NCBI GenBank assembly: GCA_051453625.1
Contig: JBOZIK010000001.1
Coordinates: forward strand, 36,798,763-36,862,762
DNA: 64,000 bases
Direction: 5' to 3'
Source: Welwitschia mirabilis
Taxonomy: Eukaryota
How positions within the stretch are numbered: the first letter of the stretch is position 1; each line of letters begins with the position of its first letter. This document shows positions 11,992-27,000 of this stretch, in pieces. The position numbers and the translations under genes were made by a program. The notes under the pieces are model-generated. The model ran no database searches. It worked only from the letters and a program-made list of their open reading frames with translations, and was not told the origin of the DNA.

Positions 11992-13904
11992 ATGGCAAAG
12001 GAAAATAATAATTTTTAGTGAAATCATTCAACTTTCTAAAATCTATGCAAACTCATCATTTTTTACTCTTTTTTAGTACTATAGTAATAGGACTAACCCA
12101 TTCACTATCAGATATGGCATAAATAATTCTTACATATATAAGTTTAATGGTTTATTCCTTTATTATTTACTTAGTATAGGATTAAGTATATTTTGTGGTT
12201 GTTTAATGAGCTTGACATAATCCTCTAAATAAATTTTATGTTAAATAATAGAAGCAGGAATGGCTAAAAATCTTTATGAGTCTAAGGAAAAACATGTGTT
12301 CTGGATTTGAGAATTTGAAGGAACGATTATTATTAAGAAGACTTAAGACATGCATTAATAATAAAGGGGTTTTGAAGGTCATCATTTACAAAGATGTATT
12401 TTAGTCCTTGTGATAGTTCATTAACTTCTAAATTAGAATTACCCCTTATTGTTTTTGGAATTCTCTCTTGATGTAAAAGGTTTTCTATGATTTTAACATG
12501 TTAAACATCATGATCAATTAGAGATTTAAAGCTTTTATTTTTTTCCTCACTTAAGTTATTACCTAAGAGGTTATATTTAAAATCAGATGGGTTGAAGGCA
12601 TGAAGGCTTCCTAGGATTTCTTCACTTTCTTTAAGGTCATCAAATAAAGTTGGATTATGTAAAGTGAAAATCCTCTCTTCTAAAGGATGAAGTTAAATAA
12701 GCATGGAGGGTCTAATTTATTACTTAAGATTAAAATCTTCTCCTATATCATTTTTCAATCACATCAAAAAATTTAATACAAAATTTCTTATTTCTTACAT
12801 GGCATTCCATCCTCCTTGTACATGTATTAATACTACAATGAGTTATTATACAAAAAGCTCTTACTAAGAGTAAATGATATCCTCCTTGGTGTTTTACATT
12901 AATAATAATCAGATCTATAGGATAAAAGGCCTCTTTAATTTATATGACCAAATCTTTAATAACTCCAATTAGTTTTCTAAGAGTTATATCAGCTAGCTCC
13001 AATACAATTGTTATTGATTTAACTATTTTCTAATCTATACTTTTTACAATTATGAAGTGGAATAATTTTGACACTTGCTTCTATGTTTATTAGTGCTTTC
13101 TTAATCTCTATGCTTTCCTCCAATATAATATTAATCATATTATCCCCTAAGTCTTTGAATTTTAAACATTTTTATGCTATTAAGTTAGAAAGGGATTATG
13201 TAGTGAACACCCTATTTAGTATGGTTTTTTTTTGTTATCTTTTAACTACGCCCTTTCAAACTTTATTGTATTTAGAATTAGTCTTTAATATTTCTAACCA
13301 ATGAGTTATGGATTTTTTTCTTATGTTCTCATTAATTTTTTATGATTGGATTTTTCTTTAGGAGCTAAAGAAAAGCTAGGTTGATCAAGAACTTCTATGT
13401 CATCATCATGTTTTGCATATTCTTCATTGTGCGGACTAGAGGCTTCATCATTGGGAGTTGTATTACTATCTTGTAATCCTTATTAACATCATTTGAATTA
13501 GGAATGATTTATATTTTAAGAAAGCCTTAAGGTTTTTGATTCCCTAACATCGTTTGTTGAAGGATTCAAATTAGATTTTCTAGATTCTTCCTTTGAATCT
13601 CTAATTTTTTGTTAGTATTTTCTTGCATTTTCTTCATTTCTTCCATTGATTCTATAAGGACATTAAATTGAAGGTTATTTAAAATGTAATTTAGTTAAAA
13701 GTTTTTAAACTAAAAGTTACTAAGTTATAAATTATTAGATCGAAGTTGTTGGCCCTATATATATTTTTAAAAGAGGGCCTAAAGGCTGATTGTAATTTCA
13801 TATTTCATGGCTAAAATTATTAATTATTTCTAAAGGCATTTGATTTTTTATTGAATGAACAAGCTTCTTCATGGATACCTCTCTACATGTTGTTTAAATA
13901 AAAT
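11992..13904 (-). pseudogene. Element H pol segment: gag C-terminus, protease and RT N-terminus
   Basis: Minus strand gives IIYAISDSEWVSPITIVLKK...VCIDFRKLNDFTKNYYFPLP near 12130-11992 and a protease-like ALINIEASVKIIP region near 13100-13060. Confidence 0.88.
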
Positions 13905-15132
13905 TGTTGTGATGCCAATTTGTAGGAATTTGATGGTATATTTTGAGTACTTATGTAAGACATTTGTATAGGTTTGGATGAAATTCTAATAATTATGAAG
14001 AATCAATAGGATGTTCACTGAAACATGTAATTCTTAGCATATTTGGAGGCATCTCAAACTTGTTTTGATACTTTATGCCTTAAATAAAATATTAACCATG
14101 AAAAAAGCTGATTTCCCCTTGAGCTAGAAGATAAGGAGATCTGTCATTTCCTCTATAATCTTCATGATAGTCAGGACAACAACACTGTTGACATGGATAA
14201 AATTTGTAGAGTCAAATGCAGGGACTGAAGCTAATGAATTACCTTTTAATGTGGAGTATTATTTCCATTATCATCCCCATGATACTCAGGATGATACCTA
14301 TTTTTATATGAATGAAAAGAATTACCTTTGTAATGTGGTCATGCAATCCATGTCGATTGTGCTTCTAGAACTTCAATGTAAAACTATAAATATCCTCCCT
14401 TTCCTTCACTTCCATTTCCATCTTTTGTATTGGATATTCTTGTGATGGAATATTGAAGAATAATAGATTCATCTAGTAGCTATAGAGAGAACTTTACTTT
14501 GGTGTTGGGCTAAGTATCCTCCATTGAGCTGCTACTACTTTGTTATAAGTGGATGTAAAAATTGATGATTAATTCAATTATGTTTTTACTCTTATTTTGT
14601 AAATGTCCCTTATGGTCTAAGTTGATTATGATTTGGTGACAACCCCATAAGTTTATTTATATTATAATGACAATTGTTGTTAAGGTTGACTTTGTTAGTT
14701 TAGAGTTTTCATTACATCCTATTTTGTTCCATTTTCAGAATTGCATTATTCATATTCTGCTTGACATATCTTATAGTTTATGTTAATTAAGAATAAGTGA
14801 TAAACTCTTCCTAATTAAACTAAGTTATAAGGACTAATTCTTGTGACAGAAGGATTAGAATCCAAATAGACTCATTACACTTGCATTTTATCCATTGCAT
14901 TTTACTATCATTCATCTTCATTACATTTGCATTGTTGTTTACTTTCATTTATTAAAAAATAAAAGACTAAAATACTTTTTAAATTCAATTCTCTAACTTC
15001 TATCCTAGTGCCTACAAGGGAATATGACATTTGGGTTAACTCCCATCTACACTAGTGTGTATTTTTTGCAAGTATTATGAGCTATAGGTTTTGCTTAAGG
15101 ACTTAAAGATTGCATAAATTCACATCACAACA
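13905..15132 (+). repeat. 5' LTR of element B (1228 bp)
   Basis: Termini TGTTGTGATG...CATCACAACA are inverted; CTATAAATA at 14384; direct repeat of 23295-24498. Confidence 0.93.
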
Positions 15133-15135
15133 ATT

Positions 15136-15153
15136 TGGTACCATTACTGGAGA
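15136..15153 (+). promoter_or_regulatory. Primer-binding site of element B (decayed tRNA-Asp type)
   Basis: TGGTACCATTACTGGAGA differs from TGGCGCCGTTGCCGGGGA only by C>T/G>A changes. Confidence 0.85.
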
Positions 15154-15899
15154 AGGTTGTAAGGAGCTAGAGGATTACCACTATCCAGGTAAGTGCCTTG
15201 ACTTTCAGTTTTGGTTATTTATTTGAAATAGTACTATGTTTTTATTGTAGTTTAGTAGGTTTATTTTGGCTTTTTTTTTTTGTAGTTCTAAAATTCACTA
15301 TTTTCCTTCTTATCATCCCCATGACACTAGAAAATAGTCCATGTTTTTGAATTCATTTTATTTTTCATAATTTTTCTTATTATTATTAGTAGTAATAAGA
15401 AAATTACTGCCATCTTGCCTGTCATCCCCAAGATAATCTAAATAATAGTCTATTTGTTTAGTTATGGTAATTTTTATTTGATTTCACTTTTCCACTATTT
15501 TGATCATCGTCCCTCCTATCATCGCCATGGCTAGGTGGATGACTGTCAGTTGTTTTTTTTTTTTTTTTTTTTGTTTTTTACCTAAAGTATTCAGGAACAT
15601 GATGAATTCTAGTAAAAAGATGAAATATCAAAAAGAGTGGAACTTTATTAAAGAAAATATCAGAGAATGGTATTCAACTTTAAGAAAAATCCAGTTATGC
15701 ACATTCCATGTATGAAAATTCTAAGAACTAAAGAAGAGGATTTTTCTATTTTTATTATTTTAGAGTCAAGTTTTGCAAAAGAAAAATGTAAAAATAATAG
15801 CATAGAAGCATATCGTGTTATTTCTTTATCTATGTCAAAATCCTTGCAAAAATAAAAATAATTTCCTGTCTAATACACCAATCATGATAGGGACTTCAA

Positions 15900-18800
15900 A
15901 TTTGAATGCAAATGTTACACTTAAAGATTTAATTACTAATAGAAAATGTGAAATCCAAAATCCTTTGTATTTACCTATTGGTGATGACATAGAATTAAGA
16001 AACTTAAGTGCCTATTTAACATTTTGGAGGAACCCAAGGAAAACCCTTTCCAACATCTAGATGATATTAAATAACTTGTACTTACCTCAAGAAATGGGAA
16101 GAAACACATTAGTGATCATACTTATATGATCATCTTTCTAGTCACAATTAGAGAAAAGGCAAAACTTTGGCTTAAAACTGTTTCACACTAGAGTCTTAAA
16201 TGTTGAAGTTAAGTGCAAAAAGTTTTTATTAAATATTTTTGAGTGAAAGTACCATAAGAAAAAGAAGGAAGGAAGTTACCAACTTTTAACAACAACTCAC
16301 TGAAGNNNNNNNNNNNNNNNNNNNNNNNNNNNNNNNNNNNNNNNNNNNNNNNNNNNNNNNNNNNNNNNNNNTGGTAGATCATTTTTATAGTGGATTGACT
16401 AGTCAAACTAAACAAATTGTAAACTTTCTTTATGATGGTAAATAGATGAACTTAGTCTTAGAGGATGTGTGAAATGTGTTGGAAAATCTAGTGAAGATCA
16501 ATCGAACTTGGCCAAAATCCACTAAGGAAAATCAAACTGTGGGCCAAATCATAAAAGATTTAAAAGAAGTAAAACATGATAAGGAAGAAGAAAAAGGTGA
16601 TTCAACTAACTTAATTAAGGATTTCACCACCACTTTGGCTAAGTACACTCAAATGATAGTTGATGCAAAAGGTTGTAAAAGATGGCAACACAACTTCAAC
16701 ATGTGATATTTGTGAAGACAACTCTTAATCAACTAAAGAGTATTCCTTATTATCAACTTGTAAGAAGAGGATGTTTGAGGAAGTATGTGAATTCAGCCAA
16801 AGAACATCTAACTTTAAAAGTCAAAAACAATTTCAACAAAGATTAGATGAACAATCACAATGGAGACCTTTTGAGAATAAATTTAGGAATTCAAAATTGT
16901 AACCAAATAACCTCAATTTTTAATCAAATAAAAATGATTAACTTAGAGATTCTATAGAATAAATAAAAAAGATGAAAGAAAAGACTACTAATAATATTGA
17001 AAACTTAGTAAATGTTCTTCAACAAATGATGATTTTCAATCAAAGACCATAAGGTCTCTTGCATCTCTACCTTTATCCAACCCAAATGAAGTCAAAAGGG
17101 ATTTGAAGGTAGTAACAAGAACTGGAAATGATACAACACCTTCTACCCATGAGGTCTTAACTTTCAAAAATAATGAAAAAAGTAATGAAGAAGATGAAAT
17201 ATAAATTTTGAACTCATATAACTTTCTATCAACATCACATGCTAAGACCTCCATTAAAAATTCTTCATAGGAAAATAAAGGGAAGAAACCATTTACTCCT
17301 TGGCTTAATAGGTTAAATATGAATCCTACCTATAATGAGTACCTAAAGACCTTGATGCAATAAACAAACATTAACTTACCTTTTTGGAAACTCTTATAAG
17401 AAAATCCTAAATAATCTAAGTTGTGAAAATACCTAGTAAGAAGAAAATAAAAATGTACCATTCTTAGTAAAGTTTTTCTTACTCAATCGATTTCCAACTT
17501 AGTCAGGAAAAAAAAGTCCTAAATTTAAAGAACCTAGGGTAGTAACAGTGAGTGTCACTTTGGAAGGAAACAAAAGAATTTAAAAATATTTAATTCACAT
17601 AGGAGCTAGTGTAAACATCATACCCTTCATATATATAAAAAACTTGGATTGGAAAATAGAATAAAACCTACATGAATTATCTTGGAATTGGCTAATACTT
17701 TAATTAAGAAAAACTCCTAGGGATTATCAAGAACCTAGTCATCCAAATAAAGGAATCTTTTTACCCCATAGATGTAGTTATCATTGAGGTATAACATGAT
17801 GGAGATTATCCACTGCTCTTACGAAGATCCTTTTGTGCAACTGTCCACTGTATTATTGACACATGAACTGGAATGATGGAATGTCATATAGGCAATAAGA
17901 AGTTCACCATTCAAGTTTTTGATGCTATAAAAAATAAAATAAAAGATGAGTTTAACTTATAAGAAGAACTTAAACCAACCTTGTTTTTACAACAATACCC
18001 AATTAAGGAGAGATTAATAAAGCAACATGAACTAATTTTATATGATAACCCAATTGATACACACTATCTTGATTATGAGGATGAGGAATCTTTTAATTAG
18101 GAGAAAATACAACATGTTTACTTGATTGAAAAACTTTTTAAAGGTGTCATCCCATGTCTGTCATTCCCATGATAGATGAATGACAAGTTAAAATTCCAAC
18201 AAGTTAAAATTCCAACTTAAAACTTAAGGAGTTGCCTAAAGGTCTAAAATATATTTTCTATCTAATAATCTAAAGAAAGCTTAGATAATAAGTGACCTTC
18301 TTACTCCTCAATAAGAATCCAACTTGATCTCCTTTTTAACTTCTAAAGAAGATGCTTTTTCTTGGACTCATAAAGACTTAGCTATCATTCCCCTTTCCAT
18401 AGTGTAACACAAAATGTACCTTCAGGATAATGCTAAACCTATTAGGTAACCCCAACAAAGGCTTAGCCTAGTCTTTAAGAAAGTAATTAAAAATGAAATT
18501 ACTAAACTTATGGATGTTGGAATCATCTATGCTATATCTAATAGTTAGTGGGTTAGATCTTTGACAGTCATTCTAAAAAAGAGTGGGAAATGGAGAATGT
18601 GCATCGATTTTAGAAAACTTAAGGAGGTTACTAAAAGGGATTATTGCCTTTACCCTTTTTTGATTAATTACTTGGTAAAATACAATGTTATGTCTACTAT
18701 TGTTTTCTTGATGGTTATAGTGGCTACAATCAAGTTTGCATAGAAAGTAAGGACCAAGCCAAAGTAACCTTTACCTTATCCTTTGGAATCTTTGCCTTTA

Positions 18801-21200
18801 GACGAATGCCTTTTGGACTTTACAATGCCCTTGAAACTTTCCAACAAGAAATGATGGGGATCTTTTCTAATATAATAGAGGATTCTATTAAAATTTTTGT
18901 GGATGACTTCTCCATCTCTAGTGAAACTTTTAAACAAATTATAGAAAGATTAGAAAATGCCTTAGACCGATGTATAAAAAGTGGTATGCAATTGAGCTAG
19001 GAAAAAAGTTATCTCCTTATCAACATTGAAATTGTTTTAGATCACTACATTTTAAAGGAAGGGACTAAGATGGATCCTAAAAAATCTAACATCATTCAAA
19101 TCCTTAGCCCTCTAACCAATGTCAAACAAGTTAGATCATTCTTTAATCATGTTGGTTTCTATCATCATTTTATTCATGACGATGCTAAGGTTTGTAAATC
19201 CCTTTACTTATTACTTGAAAAAGATGCTAAATTTTATTGAGACAATTCATGTCAACTTGAATTTGATACACTTAAGAAAAACATTTTTTCTAAACTTATT
19301 ATCATGGGTTCTGATTGGACTAAATATTTTGAACTTATGTATGATGCAAGCAACATTACTATAGATGGGGCTTTTAGTTAAAAATATGAAAATGATTTTA
19401 AAGTTATTTTCTATCTTAGTAAAACTTTGTCCAAAGCCCAGTTCAACTATACTATTACTAAAAGGGAAATACTTGCCATCATTTTTTGTCTTGATCATTT
19501 TAGACACTATCTTCTTGGCTTCCAAATCAATATTTACACAGATCATGTAGTCATACGTTATCTTATGATGAAGAAAGATTCTAGTATCAGACTTATTAGG
19601 TGGATCCTTCTCATGCAAGAATTTAATCTTACCATCACTGATAAGGATGGAAAACATAATAGCCTTGTAAATCATCTATGTTGATTTTCTTTTTCTTATG
19701 ATGTACTTTTCATAAATGACTCCTTTTTCAATGAATAACTATTTATTGTTGAACAACTTTATATTATCCTTTCTACTAATCTCGCTCCTTGGTATGCTAA
19801 TATTGTGAACTACCTTATTACTATAAAAAAACCTCAGCATTAGAACTATAAGTAATGTAAATCTTTTTTCCATAGGATTAGTGACCATGAGTGGAATGAA
19901 GCCCATTTTTGTACAAGATGCAAAGACCAAATCATGCATAAATGTGTGCTTGAATAAAAATTCTAGACATCCTTAATCTTTATCATGGTGGAGTATGTGG
20001 AGGACACTTTAGTGGCCAAAAAGACTGTAATGAAAATTCTTTATTCTGGTTTTTATTGGCCTACCCTTTTTAAAGATTTATTTGACTTTACTCGAAGGTG
20101 TGATGCTTGTCATCATTTTGGTAGCCTAACACATTTTTAAGATATACCCCTTAAACCTATGCTTGAATGTAAACCTTTTGATTGTTAGGGGTTTGACTTT
20201 ATAGGTCCTATTAAACCACCTTTTCATAACGAAAATTACATCCGAGTGGTTGTTGATTATGTTACTAAGTGGGTTGAAACTATTTCTACTATAAAAACTA
20301 ATTCTCGAACTATTTGCAATTTTTTCTGAACTCATATCTTTTAACATTTTTGTGTTCTAAAATCATCATTAGCAATTAAGAAACTTATTTTATTAATCAT
20401 CTTTTTCTAAAACTTCTTTTATCCATCAAAATTGAACATAGAATTGTATGTGCTTATCANNNNNNNNNNNNNNNNNNNNNNNNNNNNNNNNNNNNNNNNN
20501 NNNNNNNNNNNNNNNNNNNNNNNNNNNNNNNNNNNNNNNNNNNNNNNNNNNNNNNNNNNCATCTTTTTCTAAAACTTCTTTTATCAATCAAAATTGAACA
20601 TAGAATTGTATGTGCTTATCATCTTTAAACTAATGGTTAAGCTAAAAACACAAATAGAGAAATTAAAAATATGCTTCAAATATTAGTCTCTATCAATAAG
20701 GAAACTTGGTCCTCTCAACGTAATAATGTTCTTTAGCCTTATTGTACTACTTGGTGCAACTCTCTAGGTTTCTCACCATATGAACTTGTGTACGAAAAAG
20801 TTTGTGTCTTGTCAGTCAATGTTTGCTATAACTCTTATTGATTCATCCATAAACTTNNNNNNNNNNTAGAACAAAAACCTTAAGACTCAATTAGCCCAAC
20901 TTAATCATTTAGATGAAAAGAATACTTATGCCATACATCATCAACTTATTCATAAAGCCCAACTTAAGTTCAAACATAATAAAAAGATTCTTCATAAGTA
21001 ATTTAAACCTAGTCAACTTATCTTGTGATATAATACCTAAGTATACTTTTTACACAACAAGGTAACTTTTAAATGATTAGATCCTTATCTTATAAAAAAA
21101 GTGTATTGGCTTAGTTGAAATATTCAATTCAAACACTAGGAAAATTCAAAAATTTTAATGGATAAAGGTTAAAAATTTATGATTCATATACTTATAAAAC
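15900..21200 (+). pseudogene. gag-pol of element B (gag ~15900-16760, protease ~17520-17920, RT ~18400-19250, RNase H ~19300-19680, integrase ~19880-21200)
   Basis: Motifs CDICEDNS (knuckle), GKWRMCIDFRKL, MPFGLYNALETFQ, IFVDDFSI, AQFNYTITKREILAIIF, YTDHVVIRYL, RLIRWILLMQEFNL, CGGHF, GFYWPTLFKD, VVDYVTKWVE and NG*RLKIY. Many stops and frameshifts. Confidence 0.95.
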
Positions 21201-23294
21201 CTTGAACATAATAAAAGCACTTGTCTTAAAAGCCCCTTTAAATGAGAAGGACGTTCCTCTTTCCATTACCTAAATCCCCTCTTAACTCATTCCTTGGATA
21301 GACATCATGCTATTACTTGAATATCTTTAACTTGGCTTATGTATTACTTTATGAAGTCATCATGATTAGTAATCTTTTACTTAGGCATAGATGATAAAAT
21401 TGATTTCACCTAATCTTAAGACATTCATATGACTATAAACTTTATTCAGAAGGAAGATGCCTTGGTTCTTTTATTCTCTTTTAATGGTGTGAGTAACTAG
21501 TTGTTTTTACATGTTCTTACTTATTTCTCATCTCATTACTTCACTTGTATCCTTATGAGTACTTGATCATGTGGAATTACTCAAAATAAAAGAAAGAAAG
21601 AAAATAAAAGAAAACAATACCATGCTCTCCCATATCTAAGCGAAAACTATGGTCACCATGATGTCTTACCACAAGTGCACTGAGGCAAATTTTCCTAAGA
21701 GGAGCCTATGAGAGCTATGAAAACTTCACTAGGGGGTCAGTTGGCTATGCTGCGTAAGTTCTTACTCCTCTGATAGTGGTCGCACTCCCCTCATTATGGT
21801 AGAATAAATATTATATAGAGGCTATGAGATCAATGATGTCTCTAGTATCATTAGAGGTATTACTTATTTTCTAGACTTCTTTTGCAAATAGTACTTCCAC
21901 ATGATCATTCTACTTTTTTAGATTCTAGTGTTGTTTTGATATATAACCTAATGAGTTCATTCATCATTTGTTAACATTAGACATACTTGACATAGCCATA
22001 ATAATTGGCTATTTGAATGGTATTTTATGAATTTTTATATATTATCATGTATTTTTCATTAAGTGATTTTATGATTTTTACCAAGGGACTTTGTTAAAAT
22101 TGAATTTAGGGTAAGTTAAAAATATTTTTTATGTTCCTAGATTTCTATTTTCATTTTATTTTTCTTTAGCTATTTGTTGGGTTTTCAAAGTCATTTCCAT
22201 ATTTTTTTAAGATAATATTGAGGATCTCATCATTTAGTAGTTTCTTGTTAATTTTACTCATAGTTTCTATCCATGAGGATTCTTGTTTCTCTTTTTAATA
22301 GGTGACGATGATACTTTTAAGTTTCATTTCTTACTTTTTCATGCTTACTGAGTTTGTGCACATTTTAGGAGTTCTTCTAAGCACTGCTTTCTTCTACTTA
22401 GTGAATTTTTTTCCTCTTTAACACCCTTTTTTCAGAAGTCTCTTTTCACCATGGATATGTTTTTTTAAGGATAATTCTTCACTTTTTACCTTATTCCTAA
22501 TTTTCTACTACTTTTCTCATGCTTGACTACTTTTAGATTTTTTCTAGATTTTCCTATCTTTCTAACCTCTCATTTGATTAGTGTCATCCACATCTATCAT
22601 CCTTATGACAAATATGATGAAAATCATCGTTTTTACTTTATTACAATCCGGGATGTCTTGCTTCACATGGAGGGAAAACAAGACATCTTTTGAGTTTCTT
22701 TTGAGATATTAAGAAAAAATTTTAAATTTAAAAGGATCACTTTTGAGCTTCATGATATATATTTATGATGATTTATTTGGATATGATTTCATGCTACTTG
22801 AATAGAATTTCATGAACTTTATCTAGCAAGAGCACAGTGGCACATTCATAGAGTTTTCCTATAGTTATATTTCAAAACATCTAGAATATCTTAAATAAGG
22901 GAAAAGAATGTTTCGATCACTCTTTATACTTCATCCCTTATAGAATTCATTAATGAACTTGTATGCATTATTTTTTGAGTTATCACTACTTAATTTTACA
23001 CATCAGTTTCAGTATCGCTATCTCAAATTATGCATATGCATTATCATTTTTCTGAGCTATCATTGTTAGATTTTATGATTTTTATATACATGACATTCAT
23101 TTGTTCTATTGTGATGTGTTTATTTAGGAGGATTATAAATATGTTAGTTAATTGGTTTTTGATGTCTATTCTTACATGATAAAAATTAAACTCAAAATTG
23201 AATTTTCTAGTTACTAGTTATCTTTGTCAAATTGGCTTGTAGTATAGTTGATCACTCACTTTGTTAGGCAATAGCAAGGCTAAGTAGGGGGCTA

Positions 23295-24498
23295 TATTAC
23301 AATGCCAATTTGTAGGAATTTAATGGTATATTTTGAGTATTTTTGCAAGACATTTATATAGGTTTGAATGCAATTATAATGATTATGGATAATCAATAGG
23401 ATGTTCACTAAAACATGCAATTCTTTGCATATTTGAAGGCATCTCAGTATTATTTTGATACTTCATGTCTTGAAGGAAAGATTAACCCTGAAAAAGACTA
23501 ATTTCCCTTTGCACTAGAAGATAAAGAGGTCTATCATCCCAATGATAGCCAAGATGATAGCACTGCTAACATGGATTAAATGTACAGTGTTGACTGTGAG
23601 GCCTAAAACTGATGGATCATCTTTCGACATGGAGTGTTATTCCCATTGTCATCCCTACAACACTCAGGATGACACCTATTTTTCTATGGATGGAAATAAT
23701 TACCTTTGTAATGAGTTCATGCAATTCATATGGGTTACGAGGGTTTCTTATTTGACTCTTAGGTTTGTGCTTCTAGAACTTTAATGTAAAACTATACATA
23801 CTATTCCTTTTATTTACTTATATTTCCATCTTTTATACTGGATATTCTTGTGATGGAGGATTGAAGGATAAGAGGTCCATCTAGTACCTACAGAGATAAG
23901 TTTACCTTGGTGTTGGGTTGAGTATCCTCCATTGAGGTGCTACTATTTTGTTGTAAATGGATGTAAAAGTTGATGATTAATTTAATTACTCTTTTCACTC
24001 CTATTGTGTAAATGTTACTTATGGTTTAACTTGATTATGGTTTAGTGATAGCTCCATAAGTTTATTTGGATAATAAGGACAACCTTTGTTAATGTTAAAT
24101 TTATTAGTTTAGATTTTGCATTGCATTCTATTTCATTTCATTTTCATAATTACATTATTCATATTCTATTTGACATATCTTATAGTTTATGTTGGTCAAA
24201 AACAAGCAATAAACTCTTCCTAATTGAACTAAGTTATAAGGATTAATTCTTATAATAGGAGGATTGGAAACTATCATTCATCTTACATTGCATTTGCATT
24301 GTTGTTTGCTTTCATTTATTAAAAGTTAAAAACTAAAATACTTTGTGAAATTAATTCTCAAACTTCTAGCCTACTGCCTTTGATGGATTATAACATTTGG
24401 ATTAACTCTCGTCTATAGTTGTGTGTGTTTTCTATAACTATTGTGATTTATAAGTTTTTTCTAAGGACTTAAAGGTTGCATAGATTCACACCACAATA
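23295..24498 (+). repeat. 3' LTR of element B
   Basis: TATTACAATGCCAATTTGTAGG...CACCACAATA is a decayed copy of the 5' LTR and follows the PPT. Confidence 0.92.
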
Positions 24499-26050
24499 AG
24501 GATAATCTTTGGTATAATAAGAGTTGTTTTACATATTTCACAAGAAAATTTAGGTGTTCATGATTAAGGTCGGTGATTCAACATATTTGTATAAACCAAG
24601 GCCTTGGTGTAATTTCTAATGTGTTGATAAGATCTTAAGCTAGATTACTAGAGTTGGGTTTCTCTTCATCTTATACTTTCTTCATGTCTTTCAACATTTG
24701 CCCTATGTTTTGATCTCTTTGATAGTTGGTTTATACCATATTTAACTTGTTTATACCAATTATTCCAAATGTTTCCAAGCATCATTCAAAGTTAAGTTAA
24801 ATAGATTTCCTCCACATGCAAAATCTAATAATTATTTAGTTTGGCTATTCAATCCATTATAAAAGTAGTTGATAAGTTCTTCTCTTAAAAATTCAACTAC
24901 AGGGTTGGATGAAACAATAACTAGATCTTTTATAAGTTGTCATATAATCTTCATGAGGTCGTTATACAAAGTTGTTGATTTTTTTTCTTCTTTTTCTTGT
25001 CGTTACTTCACTCATGAATCTTTTTATAAAGGCATTTTAAACTTGGATCCAAATCTTAAGGGTTTTANNNNNNNNNNNNNNNNNNNNNNNNNNNNNNNNN
25101 NNNNNNNNNNNNNNNNNNNNNNNNNNNNNNNNNNNNNNNNNNNNNNNNNNNNNNNNNNNNNNNNNNNNNNNNNNNNNNNNNNNNNNNNNNNNNNNNNNNN
25201 NNNNNNNNNNNNNNNNNNNNNNNNNNNNNNNNNNNNNNNNNNNNNNNNNNNNNNNNNNNNNNNNNNNNNNNNNNNNNNNNNNNNNNNNNNNNNNNNNNNN
25301 NNNNNNNNNNNNNNNNNNNNNNNNNNNNNNNNNNNNNNNNNNNNNNNNNNNNNNNNNNNNNNNNNNNNNNNNNNNNNNNNNNNNNNNNNNNNNNNNNNNN
25401 NNNNNNNNNNNNNNNNNNNNNNNNNNNNNNNNNNNNNNNNNNNNNNNNNNNNNNNNNNNNNNNNNNNNNNNNNNNNNNNNNNNNNNNNNNNNNNNNNNNN
25501 NNNNNNNNNNNNNNNNNNNNNNNNNNNNNNNNNNNNNNNNNNNNNNNNNNNNNNNNNNNNNNNNNNNNNNNNNNNNNNNNNNNNNNNNNNNNNNNNNNNN
25601 NNNNNNNNNNNNNNNNNNNNNNNNNNNNNNNNNNNNNNNNNNNNNNNNNNNNNNNNNNNNNNNNNNNNNNNNNNNNNNNNNNNNNNNNNNNNNNNNNNNN
25701 NNNNNNNNNNNNNNNNNNNNNNNNNNNNNATGAATCTTTTTATAAAGGCATTTTAAACTTGGATCCAAATCTTAAGGGTTTTATGTAAAATAACTTTTAA
25801 CCAATTCTTAGCTTAACCTCTAAGTATAAAATAGAAAATAATCATGTAAGTCCTATCTGTTATATTCTTTTTTTCATTTCCTAAAGTAAGAATGAGCTAC
25901 TCTATTTTTGCTAAGTGTTGTAGGGGGTATTATCATTCTTTCCTAAAAAAGTAGGGTTGGATTGCAGATTTGTGTGCTCTACATCATTTCCTTTGGGTAT
26001 GTTAAAGGGGTTTTAGATTTCTCTCTTTCTTTGAACCATTATTTTCTTGA
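24499..26050 (-). pseudogene. gag of element H (N-terminal part up to the zinc knuckle; contains a spurious N gap)
   Basis: Colinear with the gag of A and B. Minus strand FSCEICK.NSYYTKDYP joins YLNNM*RGIHEEACSF at 13899 across insertion B. Confidence 0.85.
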
Positions 26051-27000
26051 TAGTTCAAGTAAAAGTAGGAGTAGTAGTAAGAGTAGAAGTAAAGATAAAC
26101 ATTTTTATAATTTTTGAAGGAGAAAGTGCTTATAAAGTAGGATTCGAAGAGGAACATAGTTTAAAAAAATACTTTAAAAAATAAACAAACTACTCCTAGA
26201 AATTGGTAATCTACTTTCCAAAGTAGATGAATTACTTTCAAATTTTGGTAAACTACTTTTAAAAATTTGAAAAGTAGAAAAATCACCTTCCTTGATTCTA
26301 GAAAATAAAATATTTTTACCTCACATTCTTGAATTAAATCCTACTAATCCTTTTTTAATTTTTTGGCTCACAATTTTCTTCTTTCATTGATGTATTTTCT
26401 ATGTAACTATTCACTTGGTATTATATAAAGATTAAAAACAAAAATTCTTTCGAATAAGGTGGAAAACTCCCTTCTAGATCACACACAGTACAAGAGGGAA
26501 GCTATACCAATAGTGGATGTAAAGTGCATATTTATTTGAAAAATTATGATAATATCCTAAAAGCAAAACTAACATAGAGAAGAAAACTTACAAAAATTAA
26601 AAATTATAGAAATTAAAAACTTACAAAAATTTAAAAAATTATAGAAATTAATAAGTAAAGGAAAAAAATAGAAAACAAATTAAAATCCAAACAAAACTAA
26701 GAAAGCAAAAACTAATAATAATGTATAAATGAAAATTTATAGAAATGAAGAAATAAAAGTAAAGACTAAAAAACAAATTTAAAGTAAATTAATAAAGCAA
26801 ATGTGTAACTTAATCTTAAGAAAAGAAAAGAAAAGAAAAATTACTAGAAATTGAAACAAGCAATCTAAATTAAGAAAGTAGAAGTATAATCTAATCTAAG
26901 AATAAGAAAAATTAATTTATATACTACACAAGTAAATAACTTGAAACCAAGTTAATTACTTATGTAATGAGGTTCAACCTTCTGGACTTTCTCAAACTAC

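Larger units (their letters stand above)
13905..24498 (+). mobile_element. Element B: full-length degenerate Athila-type Ty3/gypsy LTR retrotransposon
   Basis: LTRs at 13905-15132 and 23295-24498; PBS 15136-15153; PPT-like AAGTAGGGGG at 23282-23291; TSD AAAAT (13900-13904) / AGGAT (24499-24503); complete domain order on the plus strand. Confidence 0.94.

Noticed and set aside
18183..18216. Small tandem duplications (also 26583-26650, 36423-36462, 51533-51570)
   Set aside because: These are ordinary 16-35-bp slippage or repair duplications within dead elements.
20398..20621. 62-bp duplication flanking a 100-N gap in the B integrase
   Set aside because: Near-identical sequence on both sides of the gap (1 mismatch) indicates an assembly overlap.
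24869..25783. Long ORFs (295 and 243 aa) and an apparent 54-bp direct repeat around the 662-N gap
   Set aside because: The ORFs are mostly X. 25014-25067 is repeated exactly at 25730-25783, indicating an unmerged contig overlap rather than biology.
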